Made by a program: the position numbers and the translations under genes. Under the pieces are notes generated by a model. It ran no database searches and was not told the origin of the DNA. It was given only the letters and a program-made list of their open reading frames with translations. A stretch of 64,000 nt of DNA from the human T2T-CHM13v2.0 reference genome, Homo sapiens, in assembly GCF_009914755.1 (NCBI RefSeq), contig NC_060933.1, one strand, 5' to 3'. Below are positions 55,501 to 64,000 of the stretch, piece by piece (positions within the stretch are counted from its first letter, which is position 1; the number at the start of each line of letters is the position of its first letter).

Positions 55501-57930
55501 AACCCGAATAGAATGGAATGGAATGGAATGGGACGGAACGGAACGGAATGGAATGGAATGGAAGGGAATGGAATGGAACGGAAAGGAATGGAATGGAATG
55601 GAATGGAATGGAATGGAATGGAATGGAATCAACGCGAGTGCAGGGGAATGGAATGGAATGGAATGCAATGGAATGGAATCTTCCGGAATTGAATGGAATG
55701 GAATGCAATGGAATGAAATGCAATGGATTCAACTCGATTGCAATGGAATGGAATAGAATGGAATGAAATGGAATGGAATGGAATGGAATGGAATGGAATA
55801 AACCCGAGTGCAATGGAATGGAGTGGAATGGAATGGAATGGAATGGAATGGAATGAAATGGAATGATACGGAATAGAATGGAATGGAACGAAATGGAATG
55901 GAATGGAATGGAATGGAATGGAATGGAATGGAATGGAATCGTTCCGAGTGGAATAGGAGGGAATGTATTCGAGTGGAATGGAAAGGAATGGTATCAACCA
56001 GAGTGGAATGGAAGGAAATGAAATGGAATGGAAACTAATAGAATGGAATCAAACCGAGTGGAATGGAATGGAAAGGAGTGGAGTGGAATGGAATGGAATG
56101 GAATCAACTCGATTGTAATGGAATGGAATGGATTGGAATGGAATGGAGTGGAAAGGAATGGAATCAACCCGAGTGCAGGGGAATGGAATGGAATGGAATG
56201 CAATGGAATGGAATCATCCGGAATGGAATGGAATGGAATGGAATGCAAAGCAATGGAATCAACTCGATTGCAATGGAATGGAATGGAATGGAAAGGAATA
56301 CATTGGAATCAACCCGACTGGAATGGAATGGAAAGGACTGGAATGGAGTGGAATGGAATGGAATGGAATGGAATCAACTCGATTGGAATGGAATGGAATG
56401 GAATGAAATGGAATTAACCCGAATAGAATGGAATGGAATGGAATGGAACGGAACGGAATGGAATGGAATGGAATGGAATGGAATGGAATGGAATGGAATC
56501 AACCCGACTGCAGGGGAATGGAATGGAATGGAATGCAATGGAATGGATTCAACTTGAATGGAATGGAAAGAATGGAATCAACACGAGTGGAATGGCATGG
56601 ATTGGAATGGAATGGAATGGAATCAACCCGAGTACAGGGGAATGGAATGGAATGGAATGCAATGGAATGGAATCATCCGTAATGGAATGGAAAGGAATGG
56701 AATGGAATGGAATGGAATGGAATGGAATGGAATCAACTCGATTGCAATCGAATGGAATGGAATGGAATTAACCCGAATAGAATGGAATGGAATGGAATGG
56801 AACGGAACGGAACGGAATGGAATGGATTGGAATGGAATGGAATGGAATGGAATGGAACGGAAAGGAATGGAATGGAATGGAATGGAGTGGAATGGAATGG
56901 AATGGAATCAACGCGAGTGCAGGGGAATGGAATGGAATGGAATGCAATGGAATGGAATCTTCCGGAATGGAATGGAATGGAATGGAATGGAATGGAATGG
57001 AATAAACCCGAGTGCAATGGAATGGAGTGGAATGGAATGGAATGGAATGGAACAACCCGAATGGAATGGAATGTAATGGAGAGTAAGGGAGTTGAATAGA
57101 ATCAATCCGAATGTAATGGAATGGAATGGAACGGAATGGAATTGAATGGAATGGGATGGAATGCAATGGAATGGAATCAACCCGAGTGCAATGGAATGGA
57201 GAGGAATGGAATGGAATGGAATGGAAACTACCCGAATGGAATGGAATGTAATGGAGTGTAAGGGAATTGAATAGAATCAATCCGAATGTAATGGAATGGA
57301 ATGGAACGGAATGGAATGGAATGGAATGGAATGGAATGCAATGGAATGGAATCAACCCGAGTGCAATCGAATGGAATCGAATGGAATGGAATGCAATGGA
57401 ATGGATTCAACTTGAATGGAATGGAAAGAATGGAATCAACACGAGTGGAATGGCATGGATTGGAATGGAATGGAATGGAATCAACCCGAGTACAGGGGAA
57501 TGGAATGGAATGGAATGCAATGGAATGGAATCATCCGTAATGGAATGGAAAGGAATGGAATGGAATGGAATCAACTCGATTGCAATCGAATGGAATGGAA
57601 TGGAATTAACCCGAATAGAATGGAATGGAATGGAATGGGACGGAACGGAACGGAATGGAATGGAATGGAAGGGAATGGAATGGAACGGAAAGGAATGGAA
57701 TGGAATGGAATGGAATGGAATGGAATGGAATGGAATCAACGCGAGTGCAGGGGAATGGAATGGAATGGAATGCAATGGAATGGAATCTTCCGGAATTGAA
57801 TGGAATGGAATGCAATGGAATGAAATGCAATGGATTCAACTCGATTGCAATGGAATGGAAAAGAATGGAATGGAATGGAATGGAATGGAATGGAATGGAA
57901 AGGAATAAACCCGAGTGCAATGGAATGGAG
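46560..57930 (+). repeat. Higher-order repeat: ~5-kb tandem duplication with nested ~2.1-kb unit (X-P-Q-P-X-P-Q-P-Q)
   Basis: The rare string gaatcaatcatggaaggg occurs at 46611 and 51656 (offset 5045). caggggattag is at 47301/52346 and acgccagtgc at 48461/53416. Near-identical ORFs lie at 49651/54446/56558 and 48946/51223/53926/56028. Confidence 0.8.
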
Positions 57931-60900
57931 TGGAATGGAATGGAATGGAATGGAACAACCCGAATGGAATGGAATGTAATGGAGAGTAAGGGAGTTGAAT
58001 AGAATCAATCCGAATGTAATGGAATGGAATGGAATGGAATGGAATGGAATCGTTCCGAGTGGAATAGGAGGGAATGTATTCGAGTGGAATGGAAAGGAAT
58101 GGAATCAACCAGAGTGGAATGGAAGGGAATGGAATGGAATGGAAACTAATAGAATGGAATCAACCCGAGTGGAATGGAATGGAAAGGACTGGAATGGAAA
58201 GGAATGGAATGGAATGGAATGGAATGGAATGGAATGGAATGGAATCAACGCGAATGCAGGGGAATGGAATGGAATCGAATGGAATGGAATGGAATGGAAT
58301 GGAATGGAATGGAATCAACCCGAGTGCAGGGGAATGTAATGGAACGTAATGCAATGGAATGGAATCATCCGGAATGGAATGGAATGCAATGGAATGGAAT
58401 CAACCCGAGTGCAATGGAATGGAGTGGAATGGAATGGAATGGAATGGAACAACCCGAATGGAATGGAATGTAATGGAGAGTAAGGGAGTTGAAAAGAATC
58501 AATCCGAATGTAATGGAATGGAATGGAACGGAATGGAATGGAATGGAATGGAATGGAATGGAATGGAATGGAAAGCAATGGAATGGAATCAACCCGAGTA
58601 CAATGGAATGGAATGGAATGGAATGGAATGGAATGGAATGGAATGGAATGGAATGCAATGGAATGGAATCTTCCGGAATGGAATGGAATTCAATGGATTC
58701 AACTCGATTGCAATGCAATGGAATAGAATGGAATGCAATGGAATGGAATGGAATTAAACCGAATAGAATGGAATGGAATGGAATGGAACGGAACGGAACG
58801 GAACGGAGTGGAATGGAAAGGAATGGAATTGTATGGAATGGAATGGCATGGTACGGAATACAATGGAATGGAAAGAATTGGAATGGAATGCAATCGAATG
58901 GAATGGAATGGAAAGGAATGGAATCAACCCGAGTGCAGGGGAATGTAATTGAACGGAATGCAATGGAATGGAATCATCCGGAATGGAATGGAATGGAATG
59001 GAATGGAATGGAATGGAATGGAATGGAATGGAATCAACCCGAGTGCAATGGAATGGAGTGGAATGGAATGGAATGGAATGGAACAACCAGAATGGAATGG
59101 AATGTAATGGAGAGTAAGGGAGTTGAATAGAATCAATCCGAATGGAATGGAATGGAATGGAATGGAATGGAATGGAATGCAGTGGAATGGAATCAACCCG
59201 AGTACATTGGAACGGAATGGAATGGAAGGTAATGGAATGGAATGGAATGGAATGGAATGGAATGGAATGGAATGGAATGGAATCAACCCGAGTGCAATGG
59301 AATGGAGAGGAATTGAATGGAATGGAATGGAAACTACCCGAATGGAATGGAATGTAATGGAGTGTAAGGGAATTGAATAGAATCAATCCGAATGGAATGG
59401 AATGGAATGGAACGGAATGTAATGGAATGTAATGGAATGGAATCAACCCGAGTGCAGGGGAATGGAATGGAATGGAATGCAATGGAATGGAATCATCCGG
59501 AATGAATGGAATGGAATGCAATGGAATGGAATGGAATGGAATCAACCCGAGTGCAATGGAATGGAGTGAAATGGAATGGAATGGAATGGAATGGAAACAA
59601 CCAGAATGGATTGGAATATAATGGAGTGTAAGGGAATTGAATAGAATAAATCTGAATGTAATGAAATGGAATGGAACGGAATGGAATGGAATGGAATGGA
59701 ATGGAATGGAATGCAATGGAATGGAATCAACCCGAGTGCAATCGAATGGAATCGAATGGAATGGAATGCAATGGAATGGATTCAACTTGAATGGAATGGA
59801 AAGAATGGAATCAACACGAGTGGAATGGCATGGATTGGAATGGAATGGAATGGAATCAACCCGAGTACAGGGGAATGGAATGGAATGGAATGCAATGGAA
59901 TGGAATCATCCGTAATGGAATGGAAAGGAATGGAATGGAAAGGAATGGAATGGAATGGAATGGAATCAACTCGATTGCAATCGAATGGAATGGAATGGAA
60001 TTAACCGAATAGAATGGAATGGAATGGAATGGAACGGAAAGGAATGGAATGGAATGGAATGGAATGGAATGGAACGGAAAGGAAGGGAATGGAATGGAAT
60101 AGAATGGAATGGAATGGAATCAACGCGAGTGCAGGGGAATGGAATGGAATGGAATGCAATGGAATCGAATCTTCCGGAATGGAATGGAATGGAATGGAAT
60201 GGAATGGAATGGAATGGAATCAACCCGAGTGCAATGGAATGGAGTGGAATGGAATGGAATGGAATGGAACAACCCGAATGGAATGGAATGTAATGGAGAG
60301 TAAGGGAGTTGAATAGAATCAATCCGAATGTAATGGAATGGAACGGAATTGAATGGAATGGAATGGAATGGAATGGAATGGAATGCAATGGATTGGAATC
60401 AACCCGAGTGCAATGGAAAGGAGAGGAATGGAATGGAATGGAATGGAAACTACCCGAATGGAATGGAATGTAATGGAGTGTAAGGGAATTGAATAGAATC
60501 AATCCGAATGTAATGGAATGGAATGGAACGGAATGGAATGGAATGGAATGGAATGGAAAGGAATCAACCCGAGTGCAATCGAATGGAATCGAATGGAATG
60601 GAATGCAATGGAATGGATTCAACTTGAATGGAATGGAAAGAATGGAATCAACACGAGTGGAATGGCATGGATTGGAATGGAATGGAATGGAATCAACCCG
60701 AGTACAGGGGAATGGAATGGAATGGAATGCAAAGGAATGGAATCATCCGTAATGGAATGGAAAGGAATGGAATGGAATGGAATGGAATGGAATGGAATCA
60801 ACTCGATTGCAATCGAATGGAATGGATTGGAATTAACCCGAATAGAATGGAATGGAATGGAATGGAACGGAACGGAATGGAATGGAATGGAATAGAATGG

Positions 60901-63900
60901 AATGGAACGGAACGGAATGGAATGGAATGGAATGGAATGGAATGGAATGGAATCAACGCGAGTGCAGGGGAATGGAATGGAATGGAATGCAATGGAATGG
61001 AATCTTCCGGAATGGAATGGAATGGAATGGAATGGAATGGAATGCAATGGATTCAACTCGATTGCAATGGAATGGAATAGAATGGAATGGAATGGAATGG
61101 AATGGAATTAATCCGAACAGAATGGAATGGAATGGAATGGAACGGAATGGAACGGAATGGAATGGAATGGAATGGAATGGAATGGTATGGAATGGAATGG
61201 AATGGTACGGAATAGAATGGAATGGAACGAATTGTAATGGAATGGAATTGAATGGAATGGAATGGAATGGAATGGAATCTACGCGAGTGCAGGGGAATGT
61301 AATGGAAAGGAATGCAATGGAATGGAATCATCCGGAATGGAATGGAATGGAATGGAATGGAATGGAATGGAATCAACCCGAGTGCAATGGAATGGAGTGG
61401 AATTGAATGGAATGGAATGGAACAACCCGAATGGAATGGAATGTAATGGAGAGTAAGGGAGTTGAATAGAATCAATCCGAATGTAATGGAATGGAATGCA
61501 ACGGAATGGAATGGAATGGAATGGAATGGAATGCAATGGAATGGAATCAACCCGAGTACAATGGAATGGAATGGAATGGAATGGAATTTAATGGAATGGA
61601 ATGGAATGGAATGGAATGGAATGGAATGGAATGGAATCGTTCCGAGTGGAATAGGAGGGAATGTTTTCGAGTGGAATGGAAAGGAATGGAATCAACCAGA
61701 GTGGAATGGAAGGGAATGGAATGGAATGGAAACTAATAGAATGGAATCAACCCGACTGGAATGGAATGGAAAGGACTGGAATGGAATGGAATGGAATGGA
61801 ATCAACTCGATTGTAATGGAATGGAATTGAATGGAATGGAATGGAATGGAATTAACCCGAATACAATGGAATGGAATGGAATGGAACGGAATGGAGTGGA
61901 ATGGAATGGAATCAACCCGAGTGGAGGGGAATGGAATGGAATGGAATGCAATGGAATGGAATTAACCCGAATAGAATGGAATGGAATGGAGTGGAATGGA
62001 ACGGAATGGAATGGAATGGAATGGAATGGAATGGAATGGAATGGAATCAACCCGACTACAGGGGAATGGAATGGAATGGAATGCAATGGAATGGAATCAT
62101 CCGTAATGGAATGGAAAGGAATGGAATGGAATGGAATGGAATGGAATGGAATGGAATCAACTCGATTGCAATCGAATGGAATGGAATGGAATTAACCGGA
62201 ATAGAATGGAATGGAATGGAATGGAACGGAACGGAACGGAACGGAACGGAACGGAGTGGAATGGAATGGAATGGAATTGTATGGAATGGAATGGCATGGT
62301 ACGGAATAGAATGGAATGGAAAGATTTGGAATGGAATGGAATCGAATGGAATGGAATGGAATGGAATGGAATCAACCCGAGTGCAAGGGAATGTAATGGA
62401 ACGGAATGCAATGGAATGGAATCATCCGGAATGGAATGGAATGGAATGGAATGGAATGGAATGGAATGGAATGATACGGAATAGAATGGAATGGAACGAA
62501 ATGGAATGGAATGGAATGGAATGGAATGGAATGGAATGGAATCGTTCCGAGTGGAATAGGAGGGAATGTTTTCGAGTGGAATGGAAAGGAATGGAATCAA
62601 CCAGAGTGGAATGGAAGGGAATGGAATGGAATGGAAACTAATAGAATGGAATCAACCCGACTGGAATGGAATGGAAAGGACTGGAATGGAATGGAATGCA
62701 ATGGAATCAACTCGATTGTAATGGAATGGAATGGAATGGAATGGAATGGAATGGAATGGAATTAACCCGAATAAAATGGAATGGAATGGCATGGAACGGA
62801 ATGGAGTGGAATGGAATGGAATCAACCCGAGTGGAGGGGAAAGGAATGGAATGGAATGCAATGGAATGGAATCATCCGTAATGGAATGGAAAGGAATGGA
62901 ATGGAATGGAATGGAATGGAATGGAATGGAATGGAATCAACTCGATTGCAATCGAATGGAATGGAATGGAATTAACCGAATAGAATGGAATGGAATGGAA
63001 TGGAACGGAACGGAATAGAATGGAATGGAATGGAATGGAATGGAATGGAAAGGAAGGGAATGGAATGGATTAGAATGGAATGGAATGGAATAAACGCGAG
63101 TGCACGGGAATGGAATGGAATGGAATGCAATCTAATGGAATCTTCCGGAATGGAATGAAATGGAATGGAATGGAATGGAATGGAATGGAATCAACCCGAG
63201 TGCAATGGAATGGACTGGAATGGAATGGAATGGAATGGAACAACCCGAATGGAATGGAATGTAATGGAGACTAAGGGAGTTGAATAGAATCAATGCGAAT
63301 GTAATGGAATGGAATGGAACGGAATGGAATTGAATGGAATGGAATGGAATGCAATGTAATGGAATCAACCCGAGTGCAATGGAAAGGAGAGGAATGGAAT
63401 GGAATGGAATGGAAACTACCCGAATGGAATGGAATGTAATGGAGTGAAAGGGAATTGAATAGAATCAATCCGAATGTAATGGAATGGAATGGAACGGAAT
63501 GGAATGGAATGGAATGGAATGGAATGGAATGCAATGGAATGGAATCAACCCGAGTGCAATCGAATGGAATCGAATGGAATGGAATGCAATGGAATGGATT
63601 CAACTTGAATGGAATGGAAAGAATGGAATCAACACGAGTGGAATGGCATGGATTCAATGGAATGGAATGGAATCAACCCGAGTACAGGGGAATGGAATGG
63701 AATGGAATGCAATGGAATGGAATCATCCGTAATGGAAAGAAGGGAATGGAATGGAATGGAATGGAATGGAATGGAATGGAATGGAATGGAATCAACTCGA
63801 TTGCAATCGAATGGAATGGAATGGAATTAACTCGAATAGAATGGAATGGAATGGAATGGAGCGGAACGGAATGGAATGGAATGGAATGGAATGGAATGGA

Positions 63901-64000
63901 ACGGAACGGAATGGAATGGAATGGAATGGAATGGAATGGAATCAACGCGAGTGCAGGGGAATGGAATGGAATGGAATGCAATGGAATGGAATCTTCCGGA
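48169..64000. promoter_or_regulatory. Perfect 3-unit heat-shock element matches (nGAAt-cTTCc-gGAAt), right set
   Basis: 15-mers start at about 48169, 50052, 50870, 53119, 54847, 55675, 56954, 57782, 58665, 60166, 60999 and 63137, plus one cut by the window end at 63988. Function is inferred. Confidence 0.55.

Larger units (their letters stand above)
1..64000. repeat. Human Satellite III (HSat3) array, (CATTC/GGAAT)n with interspersed A(C/T)TCGGGTTG decamer
   Basis: Nearly every position is a CATTC/GGAAT pentamer or a close variant. The classical SatIII decamer ACTCGGGTTG/ATTCGGGTTG (rc CAACCCGAGT/CAACCCGAAT) recurs every ~50-200 bp throughout. No non-satellite insert was seen. Long perfect CATTC runs argue for HSat3 over HSat2. 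Confidence 0.97.
30801..64000 (+). repeat. Right HSat3 block: GGAAT on + strand
   Basis: The + strand reads ggaatggaat with caacccgag decamers from 'gtgtgcaatggaatgg' at 30801 to the window end. Confidence 0.97.
45590..64000 (+). repeat. Outer HSat3 sub-type A domain (right)
   Basis: Reverse complements of the A markers: ggattcaacttgaatggaatggaaagaatggaatcaacacgagtggaatggcatggattgg, ggagagtaagggagttg, catccgtaatgg, ggaatcttccggaat. Confidence 0.75.

Noticed and set aside
1-64000. Hundreds of ORFs up to 457 aa (MEWNG / HSIPF repeats)
   Set aside because: Three pentamers make 15 nt or five codons with no stop in any frame, so long ORFs arise automatically in all six frames. They have no domain-like content or gene structure.
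1-64000. CRISPR-like pattern of a conserved decamer with variable spacers
   Set aside because: The spacers are themselves CATTC runs of variable length, not unique sequence. There are no cas genes or leader.
1-64000. HSat2, alpha satellite, CENP-B boxes or telomeric repeats
   Set aside because: There is no dominant CATTCGATTC/GATGATTCC 23-26-bp HSat2 unit, no 171-bp monomer and no TTAGGG run. Long perfect CATTC runs plus the TCGGGTTG decamer indicate HSat3.
1-64000. Assignment to a specific chromosome or subfamily (e.g. 9q12, acrocentric short arms, Yq12 DYZ1)
   Set aside because: This cannot be determined by eye. The lack of a regular ~3.6-kb or ~1.8-kb period argues against DYZ1/D15Z1-like cores. 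Internal inversions are known in the chr9 array, but k-mer classification is needed.

Overview
The whole 64-kb window is human-type Satellite III (HSat3), a heterochromatic (CATTC/GGAAT)n tandem repeat carrying the diagnostic A(C/T)TCGGGTTG decamer. I found no protein-coding genes, RNA genes, transposons or CRISPR arrays. The ORFs in the track are translations of the stop-free pentamer (HSIPF/MEWNG). The structure is not uniform. (1) There is one sharp strand inversion at 30800/30801: CATTC on + to the left, GGAAT on + to the right. It has 2-bp microhomology, no inserted bases and a 19-bp perfect hairpin. (2) Two sub-types are layered around it as outer A | inner B >< inner B | outer A. (3) The two inner arms share rare variants in shuffled, non-colinear 0.15-1.4 kb inverted blocks. 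(4) About 26 perfect three-unit heat-shock elements (aTTCcgGAAgaTTCc) occur only in the outer sub-type, one base away from a non-HSE variant. (5) Recent ~5-kb and ~2.1-kb higher-order duplications occupy part of the right arm. All motif positions, counts and block boundaries were read by eye and are approximate. Chromosome and HSat3 subfamily cannot be assigned without a search.
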